DNA of 64,000 bases from Bacteroidales bacterium (lineage in GTDB: Bacteria > Bacteroidota > Bacteroidia > Bacteroidales > UBA932), in contig JAFIHK010000010.1 of NCBI GenBank assembly GCA_017848635.1, positions 5,539 to 69,538 on the forward strand. Reading direction: 5' to 3'. Shown piece by piece: positions 47,336 to 57,688 of this stretch; position 1 is the stretch's first letter; each line of letters starts with the position of its first letter. Position numbers and translations under genes: made by a program. The notes under the pieces are model-generated. The model made no database searches and was not told the DNA's origin. It was given only the letters and a program-made list of their open reading frames with translations.

Positions 47336-48874
47336 ATGAAAAAGGTTGTAAAGGTTAATATTGGCAATCTTGCGTTTACACTAAACGAAGATGCCTTTGA
47401 GATATTGAACCGATATCTTGACGATCTGAAGCGTCACTATAACAGTAAGCCCGGCGGGGAGGAGGTTGTAGAGGGAATCGAGGAGAGAATTGCTGAGCTG
47501 TTCGCAGAGAGGGCAGGTGCAGATAATATTATATCTGCCGAAACCACAAGCGAGGTAATTGCTATACTTGGCAGGCCCGATGATATTGATGAGGAGTCCA
47601 AGGAGAGTTCAACAGCTTCATCGGCACAACCCTCAATAAACTATATTCCCAAAAGACTTTTCCGTAATCCGGACAACAGGGTCATAGGAGGTGTTTGCGG
47701 AGGATTGGCAGCTTATTTCAATATTGATGCTGTCATTATAAGATTGATATATGTTGTTTTGACACTTGGGTTTTTTGTAATTACTCCTTTCCACTCAAGT
47801 CTTGCATTTATGACATTTCTCTATATCGTTCTCTGGATTGTAATTCCGGAGGCAAAAACTGTGGAGCAGCGATGTGCTATGTACGGAGAGAGTCCCGATA
47901 TCCACCATATACACAGGAGAGTTATGGAGGATAGCAGCAAGGCCTCACGCTCTTACAGGAGAGGGCAGAGCGCAAATTCAGGTTTACTCTCCGACATTCT
48001 TGGAGCAGTTGGAGTAGCCATTGGTGTAATTCTGACAATTGTAGGATTCTCCGGCATTATCGCTCTAAGTGTTTTTTTCCTGGGTCTTGAGGTTTTCGAC
48101 GGGTTATTCCCTGTCAATATTATAGATTTTATTTCACTTGACTCAATAGGGTCAATCTGGATTAAGATATGCGGACTCTGTGTATTGTTCATCCCATTCA
48201 TCGGAATGCTTATGGGTGGAATCCAGTTGGTATTTCGCCTAAAACGAAGCAGATTCAGGCCAGGCCTTATTCTTGCAATAGTATGGTGGGTGGCATTTTT
48301 TGCTCTTCTTACACTCGGGACTGTTTCCAGCAGAGGTTATTGGGAGGATTATACAACTGAGCAGAGCAACCCTCTTAAGTTCAACGGCGATACTCTGTAT
48401 ATAAGGTATGAATCTGCCAAACAGATGCCTGCAAAGCGAACACTATTTGAGGCCGATCTCTCCTCATCGACTCTATTTTGGTATGATAACAGTTCGGCAG
48501 ATAAAGGTTTTGTGGTATTTCCACAGGTTAAGCTTATCCGTCAGAGCGATGAAGATACACTTAAGCTCAAAACCAAGGTTCATACATTTGGAAGGACAAG
48601 AACAGAGGCTATGATGAAAGGAGAAAAGAGCCTTCCTGCATATGAGCTGAAAGACTCTCTTCTGATTATTCACGATGATTTCTACTCTAAAAAGAATAAG
48701 TGGGACGGAACATATAAAGAGGTGAGACTATATATTCCCGATAAAACTAAGGTCATAATTCAAAGTCCGGTCAAACACGGCTTCGATGATATTGTGAGGA
48801 TGAACAAGAATTGTGAAATCCGTTGGTGGGACGACGATAACCACGATTGGGATATCGACATTGACATCGACTAG
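47336..48874 (+). CDS. PspC domain-containing multi-pass membrane protein (long form)
   Basis: The N-terminus is paralogous to the 46421 gene. PspC motif RLFRNPDNRVIGGVCGGLAAYFNIDAVIIRLIYV. Several further TM helices and a C-terminal soluble domain. Confidence 0.8.
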   Translation: MKKVVKVNIGNLAFTLNEDAFEILNRYLDDLKRHYNSKPGGEEVVEGIEERIAELFAERAGADNIISAETTSEVIAILGRPDDIDEESKESSTASSAQPSINYIPKRLFRNPDNRVIGGVCGGLAAYFNIDAVIIRLIYVVLTLGFFVITPFHSSLAFMTFLYIVLWIVIPEAKTVEQRCAMYGESPDIHHIHRRVMEDSSKASRSYRRGQSANSGLLSDILGAVGVAIGVILTIVGFSGIIALSVFFLGLEVFDGLFPVNIIDFISLDSIGSIWIKICGLCVLFIPFIGMLMGGIQLVFRLKRSRFRPGLILAIVWWVAFFALLTLGTVSSRGYWEDYTTEQSNPLKFNGDTLYIRYESAKQMPAKRTLFEADLSSSTLFWYDNSSADKGFVVFPQVKLIRQSDEDTLKLKTKVHTFGRTRTEAMMKGEKSLPAYELKDSLLIIHDDFYSKKNKWDGTYKEVRLYIPDKTKVIIQSPVKHGFDDIVRMNKNCEIRWWDDDNHDWDIDIDID

Positions 48875-50058
48875 ATAACACCAAGCTCTTTTCCAACCTT
48901 TGTGAAGGCCTCGACGCATTTATCCAAATGAGCAGGCTCGTGCCCGGCAGATATCTGCACACGGATGCGGGCCTGATCTTTTGGTACTACAGGGTAGTAG
49001 AAACCAACAACATAGATGCCCTCCTCGAGGAGTCTGGATGCCATCTGCTGAGATAACTTCGCATCGTAAAGCATAACCGCGCAGATAGCTGACTGAGTGG
49101 GTTTAATATCGAAGCCGGCCATTTGCATTTTTTTAGTGAAATACTCTGTATTGGAGTGCAGTTTATCCTGAAGGTGATTGGTCTTTGACATCATATCAAA
49201 CATTGCTATTCCTGCAGCTGCAACCATTGGAGGGATTGAATTGGAGAAGAGATATGGTCTTGAACGCTGACGGAGCATTGCAATAATCTCCTTTTTACCG
49301 GTTGTAAAGCCACCAATCGCACCACCGAAAGCCTTTCCAAGCGTACCGGTTATAATCTCAACCTCTCCGCGCAGATTGTAGAGCTCTGTAGTTCCTCTTC
49401 CTGTTCTCCCGACAACTCCTGCAGAGTGAGACTCGTCGATCATTATCATGGCGTTGTATCTCCTTGCAAGCTCGTATATTTTATCTATCGGAGCAACATT
49501 CCCATCCATAGAGAATACACCGTCGGTGACGATTAATCGGAAACGCTGTGCCTGAGCAAGCTTGAGAGAGTTCTCAAGTTCCTCCATATTTGCGTTGGAG
49601 TAACGGTAGCGTTGTGCTTTGCATAGTCTCACACCGTCGATTATTGATGCGTGGTTTAGAGAGTCGGATATAATTGCATCCTCTTCATTAAGAAGTGGCT
49701 CGAAAACCCCGCCATTAGCATCGAATGCCGAAGCATACAATATAGTATCTTCGGTTCCAAAGAACTCAGCAATCCTCTTTTCAAGTTCCAGATGGAGGTC
49801 CTGAGTGCCACAAATAAATCTTACGCTCGACATACCAAAACCTCTCTCATCGAGAGCCTTTTTGGCAGCATCTGCCAGTACTTGGCTATTAGATAGCCCT
49901 AAATAGTTGTTGGCACAGAAGTTGAGTACCTCCTGACCGGTACTTACTTTTATGTCTGCCTTTTGCGGTGTTACGATTACACGCTCTTTTTTATATAACC
50001 CTGCACTTTCAATGTTTGTAAGCTCAGTGGTTAAAAATTCTTTGAAATCATTATACAT
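48871..50058 (-). CDS. kbl: 2-amino-3-ketobutyrate CoA ligase (glycine C-acetyltransferase)
   Basis: Collinear by eye with E. coli Kbl (VRFICGTQDLHLELE, DANGGVFEPLL, ISDSLNHASIIDGVRLCKAQRYRY, TGTLGKA, RSRPYLFSNS, GFYYPVVPKDQARIRVQ). Confidence 0.9.
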   Translation of the reverse strand: MYNDFKEFLTTELTNIESAGLYKKERVIVTPQKADIKVSTGQEVLNFCANNYLGLSNSQVLADAAKKALDERGFGMSSVRFICGTQDLHLELEKRIAEFFGTEDTILYASAFDANGGVFEPLLNEEDAIISDSLNHASIIDGVRLCKAQRYRYSNANMEELENSLKLAQAQRFRLIVTDGVFSMDGNVAPIDKIYELARRYNAMIMIDESHSAGVVGRTGRGTTELYNLRGEVEIITGTLGKAFGGAIGGFTTGKKEIIAMLRQRSRPYLFSNSIPPMVAAAGIAMFDMMSKTNHLQDKLHSNTEYFTKKMQMAGFDIKPTQSAICAVMLYDAKLSQQMASRLLEEGIYVVGFYYPVVPKDQARIRVQISAGHEPAHLDKCVEAFTKVGKELGVI

Positions 50059-50167
50059 ATAATTGTGATTTAATATTATTTGACCGATTTGAATTACAAA
50101 TTTACAACGAAAATGTTACGATAATACTAAGAATAAAAAACTTTTTTGGTTTTTTGAGTTTTCTGTA

Positions 50168-50175
50168 TAATTTTG
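50168..50175 (+). promoter_or_regulatory. candidate -7 promoter box (TAatTTTG) for the efflux operon
   Basis: TAnnTTTG match 21 nt upstream of the ATG at 50196. Confidence 0.3.
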
Positions 50176-50195
50176 CGGCTCAATTCAAACTGATA

Positions 50196-50798
50196 ATGGA
50201 AATAGGAGAGAGAATACTGGAGAAATCACTTGAGCTCTTTTTGAACAAAGGTTGTAAAAGCGTCACTATGGATGATGTTGCCGGAGAGAACGGTATATCG
50301 AAGAGGACACTTTATGAGCACTTTAATGATAAATCCACGCTTTTGATTGAAGTGATCCGTCTTTACGGAAAGAAGATGCGCGATACCTATGACAGCATAT
50401 CGGACAGCGCAGACAACATTTTAGACCAGTTTTTTATGCTCAACAATCTTGAAACCGAGCTCTCTATAAATCTCAAGATCAACTTCTTCTCAGACATAAA
50501 GAAATTTTATCCTGAAATTTTCGAGTCGGTGGTTAATGAGATGATCTGCAGTCACGATGAGGTGATAAAAGATGGAATTACCAGGGGGCAGCAGCAGGGT
50601 CTGTTCAGGACAAACATAAATATAGAGATAGTCTCCAAGGTTATCTCTCAGCTGGGAGGAATGGTAGATAATACGAAACTCTCAAATGAGAAGCAGTTCA
50701 CGCGAAAGGAGGTATTCAAGGAGACAATAATTAACTACATAAGAGGAATCTCAACTTTAAAAGGAATAGAAATCATAGATAATTACTTAAATAAATGA
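50196..50798 (+). CDS. TetR/AcrR family transcriptional regulator
   Basis: N-terminal HTH (VTMDDVAGENGISKRTLYEHFNDK). It leads an efflux operon. I prefer the ATG at 50196. Confidence 0.85.
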   Translation: MEIGERILEKSLELFLNKGCKSVTMDDVAGENGISKRTLYEHFNDKSTLLIEVIRLYGKKMRDTYDSISDSADNILDQFFMLNNLETELSINLKINFFSDIKKFYPEIFESVVNEMICSHDEVIKDGITRGQQQGLFRTNINIEIVSKVISQLGGMVDNTKLSNEKQFTRKEVFKETIINYIRGISTLKGIEIIDNYLNK

Positions 50799-52114
50799 AA
50801 AGGAATTTAATTTTGGCAATAATGGGCTTAGCCCTATTAGTAGCCTCGCCGGCAAATTCGCAGAATAAAGGATCTGATACACTCAAGCTTACACTTGAAC
50901 AGACTCTGGAACTTGCTTTAAATGACAACCTTACTCTTCAGGCTGCAAATATGTCGGTTGAGAGGGTGGACTACTCTCTTAAAGAGAACTGGTATGCACT
51001 TTTACCATCGCTAAGCAGTACTGCTCAATATACAAATAATATAATGAAACCGGTCTTCTTTTCGTCATTCTTCCCGGGAGGAAAGATGGAGGTTGGCTCT
51101 ACAAACAGTTATTCCGTAGCAAATACTCTTCAGCTGCCAATCTTTTCTATGGCACTCTACAAAAATATACAGCTGTCGGAACTGGAGCTGAAGGCAACTC
51201 TGGAATCTGCCCGTAGTTCAAAACTGGACCTGGTTATGCAGGTAAAGAATACCTTTTACGGCATTGTGATGCTGAAACAATCCTACGACGTGCTTATGCA
51301 GAGTTACCGGAACACCAAGGAGAGCGCCGACAATATAAGTATGAAATTCTCTCAGGGACAGGCATCGGAGTATGATAAGATCCGTTCGGAGGTAGCTCTG
51401 AGGAATCTTTCACCCTCTATCACTCAGGCGAAAAATGCTCTGGATCTTGCAAAGATGCAACTAAAAGTTTTACTCTCACTCAGGATTGATACCCCGATTG
51501 ATGTAGTGGGGAATTTTGAAAAATATGAGAATGATATTATTAATTACAGCCAGGCAGATATAGATCTTAACGGTAACAGCTCGCTCAGAAGTGCGGAGAT
51601 CCAGGTTGAGAAGATGAATAAGACACTGGAGCTGATAAATGCTCAGAGACTTCCGGTGCTTGCAGGGGCCTTAAGCCACTCCTTGCAGATGCAGAGCGAG
51701 AATTTTACATTGAACAAGACCTGGTCGAATTCTATGAGTGCTGTTATCTCCCTTCAGATTCCGATCTTCAATAAATTCTCGATCAATATGAAGCAGAAAC
51801 AGTCGCAGGTGAGTTTAAAGCAGCTGGAGATTCAGCGCGATCTGACGAGGGAGAATCTGACTCTTGCGGCGCAAAACTCTCTTAATGAGATGATCAGAGC
51901 AAAAGAGCAACTTGAATCCGATAAAGAGGCTGTCAAACAGGCTCAGAAGGGTTATGAGATTGCCAAGGTTCGCTATGCAACCGGTTCGGGAACGATTCTG
52001 GAGCTTAATGATACCGAGATTGCTCTAACCAACTCAAGATTAAATCTTAATCAAACTATATATAACTTCCTGAAAGCTCGAAATGAATTTGAGAAAACAA
52101 TAGGAAAAGAGTAA
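50795..52114 (+). CDS. TolC family outer membrane efflux protein
   Basis: Signal peptide, LTLEQTLELALNDNLTLQ start and a duplicated coiled-coil/beta architecture of ~440 aa. Confidence 0.85.
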   Translation: MKRNLILAIMGLALLVASPANSQNKGSDTLKLTLEQTLELALNDNLTLQAANMSVERVDYSLKENWYALLPSLSSTAQYTNNIMKPVFFSSFFPGGKMEVGSTNSYSVANTLQLPIFSMALYKNIQLSELELKATLESARSSKLDLVMQVKNTFYGIVMLKQSYDVLMQSYRNTKESADNISMKFSQGQASEYDKIRSEVALRNLSPSITQAKNALDLAKMQLKVLLSLRIDTPIDVVGNFEKYENDIINYSQADIDLNGNSSLRSAEIQVEKMNKTLELINAQRLPVLAGALSHSLQMQSENFTLNKTWSNSMSAVISLQIPIFNKFSINMKQKQSQVSLKQLEIQRDLTRENLTLAAQNSLNEMIRAKEQLESDKEAVKQAQKGYEIAKVRYATGSGTILELNDTEIALTNSRLNLNQTIYNFLKARNEFEKTIGKE

Positions 52115-52117
52115 ATA

Positions 52118-53167
52118 ATGAAAAACAGAAATTACAGATATATGAAAAAAATCACTTATTTAATTGTCCTGGCGACAGTTATTACTGCTTCCTGCTCTCC
52201 GAAAAAGGAGGCTGAAGCTAAAAAGGCGGATATTGCAAAAGTAAAAACAGAGGTGGCTACAACTCGCAAGATCGAACAGATTATCGATTTTACCGGGAAT
52301 ATAGAGCCTTTTGTGAAAAATAACATATCCAGCACATCTGCCCAGAGGATAGAGAAGATCTATGTGGAGATTGGGAGCAGGGTTACAAAAGGGCAACTGC
52401 TGGTTAAAATGGAAAACCCTACTTATACTCAATCCAGGATTCAGACAGAGAATCTCAAGATAGAGATGAACCGAATTGAGGCTCTGTATAAAGCAGGCGG
52501 AGTATCCCAACAACAATTCGATGATATAAAGACTCAGTATCAGGTAGCTCTCGATAATCTTACAAATCTCGATAAAAATACGAAACTTCTCTCTCCGATA
52601 AGCGGTATTGTGACTCAGAGAAACTTTGACAACGGAGACCTGACAATGGGGCAGCCGATTCTTACAGTGATGCAACTTCAACCTGTAAAGATCATAGTGA
52701 ATATCTCAGAGGAATTCTACCCGCAGACCAGAATAGGTACGCCGGTTGATATAACTCTTGATATCTATCCCGATAAATCATTCAACGGTAAGGTTAGCCT
52801 CATTTACCCTACCATTGATGCTGTAACAAGAACCTTCCAGACCCAGGTAAGTATTCCTAACGGTGACCTTAAACTCAGGCCGGGAATGTTTGCCAGAGCA
52901 AAGGTTAACTTCGGAGCCAAAGAGAGGGTTGTTATTTCCGATAAAGCTGTAATTAAACAGAACGGAACCAACGATAAGTATGTATATATACTTGACGGAG
53001 ATGCTGTAAGCTATGTAAAAGTTATACTTGGCCGGAGAGTGGGAAATATTTATGAGGTTATTTCGGGAGTTGAGGCCGGTCAACAGGTTGTGGTTGCGGG
53101 TCAATCAAAGCTGGTAGATAAAACCAAAGTAGAGGTAGTTAAAGATGGTGTTGATTTATCACTCTAA
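52118..53167 (+). CDS. efflux RND transporter periplasmic adaptor subunit (HlyD/MFP family)
   Basis: Lipobox VITASC. Lipoyl-like domain (KGQLLVKME ... LLSPISGIVTQRN) and a beta-barrel domain. The start could alternatively be the ATG at 52142. Confidence 0.85.
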   Translation: MKNRNYRYMKKITYLIVLATVITASCSPKKEAEAKKADIAKVKTEVATTRKIEQIIDFTGNIEPFVKNNISSTSAQRIEKIYVEIGSRVTKGQLLVKMENPTYTQSRIQTENLKIEMNRIEALYKAGGVSQQQFDDIKTQYQVALDNLTNLDKNTKLLSPISGIVTQRNFDNGDLTMGQPILTVMQLQPVKIIVNISEEFYPQTRIGTPVDITLDIYPDKSFNGKVSLIYPTIDAVTRTFQTQVSIPNGDLKLRPGMFARAKVNFGAKERVVISDKAVIKQNGTNDKYVYILDGDAVSYVKVILGRRVGNIYEVISGVEAGQQVVVAGQSKLVDKTKVEVVKDGVDLSL

Positions 53168-53179
53168 AACAATTAAAAA

Positions 53180-56100
53180 ATGAGTATTTACGAAAGTTCA
53201 GTAAAAAAACCGGTAACAACGGCGCTCATATTTGTTGCCATTGCTGTGTTGGGATTGTTCTCATACAGCAGGTTGTCGGTCGATCTATATCCAAAAATTG
53301 AGCTCAGTATGGCAACGGTTATGACCACATATTCTGGTGCCGCCGCCGCTGATATTGAGCAAAATATTACTAAAAGGCTTGAGTCTTCTCTTAGTACGGT
53401 TTCCAACCTTAAAAAGGTTACCTCTACCTCTAAGGATAACGTGTCTGTAATCACTCTGGAGTTTGAGTATGGAACCAATATGGACGAGGCGGTGAATGAT
53501 ATTCGCTCTGTGCTTGATATGCAGCAAAACTATCTGCCTGAAAATGCAGAGAAGCCTGTTGTTTTCAAGTTCAGTACCGATATGATGCCTGTAGCCTACC
53601 TGGCTGCACGTACAACAGGGAGTCCGACAGGGCTGTATAAGATTCTTGATGAGAAGGTTGCAAACCCTCTGAATCGTATTGACGGAGTTGCTTCGGTTTC
53701 AATTTCGGGTGCTCCTGAGAGGGAGATTCAGATACTTACCGATCCTAAAAAGCTGGAAGCCTATAAGATGTCAATCGAACAGGTTGCTGCTGTTATAGCT
53801 GCGGAGAATAAAAATATCCCCGGAGGTAGTATCGATGTGGGGTCGGAAACATATGCAGTTAAAATAGACGGAGAATTTGCAGAGAGTGATCAAATTAAAG
53901 ATATTATTGTTGGAAGTATCGGAGGTAAAAACATTTATCTGCGCGATATAGCCGTAGTAAAAGACACGCTAAAAGAGAGAGCGACTGAGGTTTATACAAA
54001 CGGGGTTCAGGGTTCTTCCATAATTATTCAGAAACAGTCAGGCGCCAATGTGGTTGAGATCTCAAAGAAAATTCGCGAGGCTCTTCCAGCTATTCAGGCC
54101 TCTCTCCCTCCGGAGATTGAACTGGAGACAGTATTCGATACATCGGAATTTATTGAGGGAAGTATCAGCTCACTCTCCGAAACAGTAATCCTTGCTGCTG
54201 TATTCGTTGTACTTGTAGTGCTCTTCTTCCTGGGACGGTGGAGAGCTACAATAATCATTATCCTCACAATCCCGGTTTCACTTATTGCGGCCTTCATATA
54301 TCTGATGATAACGGGGAATACGCTAAATATTATATCGCTCAGTTCGTTGTCTATTGCGATTGGTATGGTGGTGGACGATGCAATTGTGGTACTTGAGAAT
54401 ATAACGACACACATAGAGCGAGGCAGTAAGCCGAAAGATGCTGCGATTTATGCAACAAATGAGGTTGCTGTGGCTGTTATTGCATCTACTCTAACAATTG
54501 TTGCCGTATTCTTCCCTCTTACAATGATGACCGGTCTTGCTGGTATTATGTTCAAACAGCTAGGTTGGATTGTAACTATCGTAATTGTTGTATCTACAGG
54601 TGCTGCACTTAGTCTTACACCTATGCTCAGTGCAAAGTTGCTCAAAAAGGATCCTAAGAGAAGCAAAGCATTTCAGAGACTCTACACTCCGATTGAGAAG
54701 CTGTTGGATGGTCTGGATAATTTTTATGAGAAGACTCTCAGGTGGGCAATTCACCATAGAGTAAGAGTAGTTGTGTTTGGTTTTGCTCTGTTTATTTCCA
54801 GCCTCTTCCTTGTAGCCAGGGTAGGTACTGACTTCTTCCCCGCTACGGATAACTCCCAAATATCGGTAACCATTGAGCTTCCTGTGGGGTCAAGAGTAGA
54901 GCAGGCTAGAAAACTAAATAACTATCTGTACGAAAAATGGAGTAAGAAATATCCCGAAATTTTAGTTTACCAATCATCAATGGGAGCCTCTGACGGATCG
55001 AATATCTTTATGTCCCTCAGGAACTCAGGTACTCATATTATATCTTACACAATTAAGCTCTCAAATGTTAAGGAGCGTACAAAATCGATGTTTGATATAG
55101 CCGACGAGATGCGTGAAGACCTTAATGCGATTCCGGAAATCTACAAGTACTCTGTTATACCTGGAGGAAATCTGGGCTCAATAGGGTCCAGCAATAATAT
55201 TGAGGTGGATGTGCTAGGGTATAACTTTGCAGATGCTGAGAAGACAGCTCACCAGGTTGCCGAGATAATGAAGAAAACAGCTGGAGTAAAGGATGTTTCA
55301 CTGAGTCGTGATGCATATACACCTCAATTCAGTATAGTATTCGACAGGGCCAAACTTGCTCAGAATAACATAACTCTGTCATCGGCTGCAACATCTGTGA
55401 GAAGCAGAATCAATGGACTAACACTTTCGCAGTTCCGTGAAGAGGGTGAAGAGTATGATATCACTGTTAAGGATGATATTCAGTATCGTAAGAGCATACA
55501 GGATATCGAAGATATGGTTCTTTACAACACACAGGGTAAGCAGATAAGGCTTTCGGAAGTGGCGAGAGTTGAGGAGACAATGGCTCCTCCTACAATTGGC
55601 CACCTTGACAGAGAGAGGGTTATTACAGTAACCGGTCTTGTTTCAAAACGCTCCCTGGGAGATATTGCGGCAGATGTTCAGGCTGAGATTAATAAAATGA
55701 GTATACCTAATATGATTAGTGTAAAGATCTCCGGATCGGTTGAGGATCAAAAGGAGTCATTCTCCGATATGATGATGCTTCTTGTCCTGGTTATACTGCT
55801 GGTTTACATAGTAATGGCCGCTCAATTCGAGTCCCTCAGAGATCCGTTCATTATTATGTTCTCGCTTCCTTTTGCCTTCACGGGTGTATTGTTGCACTTT
55901 GGCTTACTGGAACATCATTGAGTCTTATTGCACTCATTGGAGCGGTGATGCTGGTAGGTATTGTTGTGAAGAACGGTATCGTACTAATTGACTACATTAA
56001 TCTGAATAAAGAGCGGGGAACCAGTATCAGGAGATCAGTTATCAAAGGTGGTAAGTCGCGTTTACGCCCGGTGCTTATGACCACAGCAACTACACTTCTT

Positions 56101-56298
56101 GGTATGCTCCCTATGGCTCTTGGTATTGGAGAGGGATCTGAAACATGGCAGCCAATGGGTATTGCAATTATCGGGGGTCTTACACTTTCGACAATTCTTA
56201 CTCTGATTGTCGTTCCGGTAATCTACACAGGATTCCACGGAAGGGATGTAAGAGCTAAGAGAAAATTATGGGCAAAACAACTTAAAGCTAACGCTTAA
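53180..56298 (+). pseudogene. RND efflux permease (AcrB/HAE1 family) interrupted by a frameshift near 55885-55890
   Basis: The 913-aa and 126-aa ORFs together make a typical ~1040-aa RND protein. The frame-1 reading FAFTGVLLHFGLLEHH* continues naturally in the other frame as IVALWLTGTSLSLIALIGAVMLVGIVVKNGIVLIDY. Confidence 0.8.
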
Positions 56299-56308
56299 AA
56301 ATTAGAAT

Positions 56309-56602
56309 ATGAAAGCAGTAATGATTATATACAATCAGGCTCACTCAGATATTGTTCTCGATATATTGAACAAATGTAATGTTCGCGGGTTTACTAAGTG
56401 GGTCGATGTTCAGGGACGAGGCTCACACAAGGGGGAACCGCATTTAGGATCCCACGCCTGGCCGGCAAAGAACATGAGTACACTCACAATGGTCGAAGAG
56501 AGTGCTATACCGGCTCTTGTATCTGAACTTAAGGCACTTAATGAAAGTGCAGAGGATCAGGGATTGAGGGTTTTTGTATGGGAAGCGGAGTCGATGATTT
56601 AA
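56309..56602 (+). CDS. small P-II-like, transporter-associated protein
   Basis: 97 aa with an alternating beta-alpha-beta pattern (MKAVMIIYNQAHSDIVLDILNKCNVRGFTKW). It follows the RND permease directly. The family assignment is from memory of small P-II-like proteins that sit after Bacteroidota RND operons. Confidence 0.5.
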   Translation: MKAVMIIYNQAHSDIVLDILNKCNVRGFTKWVDVQGRGSHKGEPHLGSHAWPAKNMSTLTMVEESAIPALVSELKALNESAEDQGLRVFVWEAESMI

Positions 56603-56620
56603 ACTTTATACAGTGTCTGA

Positions 56621-56656
56621 AACCCGGCCTTTGAACTCTTAGGCCGGGTTTTTTAT
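56621..56656 (+). terminator. Rho-independent terminator ending the efflux operon
   Basis: 10-bp stem aacccggcct / aggccgggtt followed by TTTTT. Confidence 0.8.
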
Positions 56657-56720
56657 TGTTTTGGAAAGGGGATTAAAAAAATAGTTGTATTTTTAACACA
56701 TAAAATAAGAATTTAGAATT

Positions 56721-57035
56721 ATGGCATTAAATGTAAATGACGCAAACTTTAACGACATCGTAAAAAAGTCGGATAAACCCGTATTGGTAGATTTTTGGGC
56801 AGCCTGGTGCGGCCCGTGCAGAATGATTGCTCCAATTGTAGAGGAGCTTGCAACAGAGATGGAGGGTAAGGCTGTTATTACCAAATGCGATGTAGACGCA
56901 AGTAATCTTGCAGCAGAGTATGGTATAAGAAATATTCCCACACTGCTATTCTTTAAAAACGGTGAAGTTGTGGATAAAATCGTAGGAGCGACTTCAAAAA
57001 CCGTTATAGCGGAAAAGCTAAATGCACTACTTTAA
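56721..57035 (+). CDS. trxA: thioredoxin
   Basis: 104 aa, with VLVDFWAAWCGPCRMIAP and IRNIPTLLFFKNGE motifs. Confidence 0.93.
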   Translation: MALNVNDANFNDIVKKSDKPVLVDFWAAWCGPCRMIAPIVEELATEMEGKAVITKCDVDASNLAAEYGIRNIPTLLFFKNGEVVDKIVGATSKTVIAEKLNALL

Positions 57036-57046
57036 AAAATAATATT

Positions 57047-57622
57047 ATGAAAAAGAGTCTGTTACTTTTAGTCTCACTATTGCTTGCCGCATCACTGCCA
57101 GCACAAGGGAGCTTCGGAATCAAAGCCGGGCTGAACTACACATCTTTTGATATTTCAAACGATGTTGGGGTAGAGATTAGATCATCTTCGGGATTTCACG
57201 CCGGAATTGCTTATAAGGTAAAGGTACCATTAATCGGACTCTCATTCCAACCGGAACTTCTTTACTCTCAGAAGAATTTTGATATCGATGAAGGAACCGG
57301 AACACATTCATTCAAAATCAGCTATGCCGAAGTTCCGCTCAATATTCAAATGGGCATTAACCTTTTGTTATTCAGGCCGTTTGTTTTTGCGTCACCATAT
57401 GTTTCATACGCTATATCCAAAGGTGGTGAGTTCTCAAATGTAGACTGGGATAGTCTCAACAGACTGGATTATGGAGTTGGTTTAGGAGCCGGCGTAGAGC
57501 TCTGGAAGCTTCAGGTATCAGGCAAATATAACTGGTCAATGAAAAAGCTTAACAGTAACCAAATGGATATTGGTGACGCCAAGCTTAAAGGGTTTCAGTT
57601 ATCGGTAGCCTTTTTGTTTTAG
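57047..57622 (+). CDS. outer membrane beta-barrel (porin family) protein
   Basis: Signal peptide, alternating amphipathic strands (FGIKAGLNYTSF ...) and a C-terminal aromatic residue (VAFLF). Confidence 0.7.
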   Translation: MKKSLLLLVSLLLAASLPAQGSFGIKAGLNYTSFDISNDVGVEIRSSSGFHAGIAYKVKVPLIGLSFQPELLYSQKNFDIDEGTGTHSFKISYAEVPLNIQMGINLLLFRPFVFASPYVSYAISKGGEFSNVDWDSLNRLDYGVGLGAGVELWKLQVSGKYNWSMKKLNSNQMDIGDAKLKGFQLSVAFLF

Positions 57623-57656
57623 AGAGGATAAGCTTAAATAAATATTTGTACTTTTG

Positions 57657-57676
57657 AAGCCACCAATTGGTGGCTT
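57657..57676 (+). terminator. 20-nt perfect palindrome, weak terminator candidate
   Basis: aagccaccaattggtggctt followed only by TTATATATT. Confidence 0.35.
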
Positions 57677-57688
57677 TATATATTAATA

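Noticed and set aside
49911-49925. Sigma-54 promoter-like sequence TGGCAC-agaag-TTGA on the + strand.
   Set aside because: It lies inside the kbl coding region on the antisense strand, about 270 nt from the nearest + strand gene. It also lacks the conserved GC of the -12 element (TTGA instead of TTGC). It is probably a chance match.
55918-56298. The 126-aa ORF as an independent small membrane protein gene.
   Set aside because: Its frame is open upstream of the ATG and continues the RND permease sequence seamlessly. It is the C-terminal piece of the frameshifted pump.
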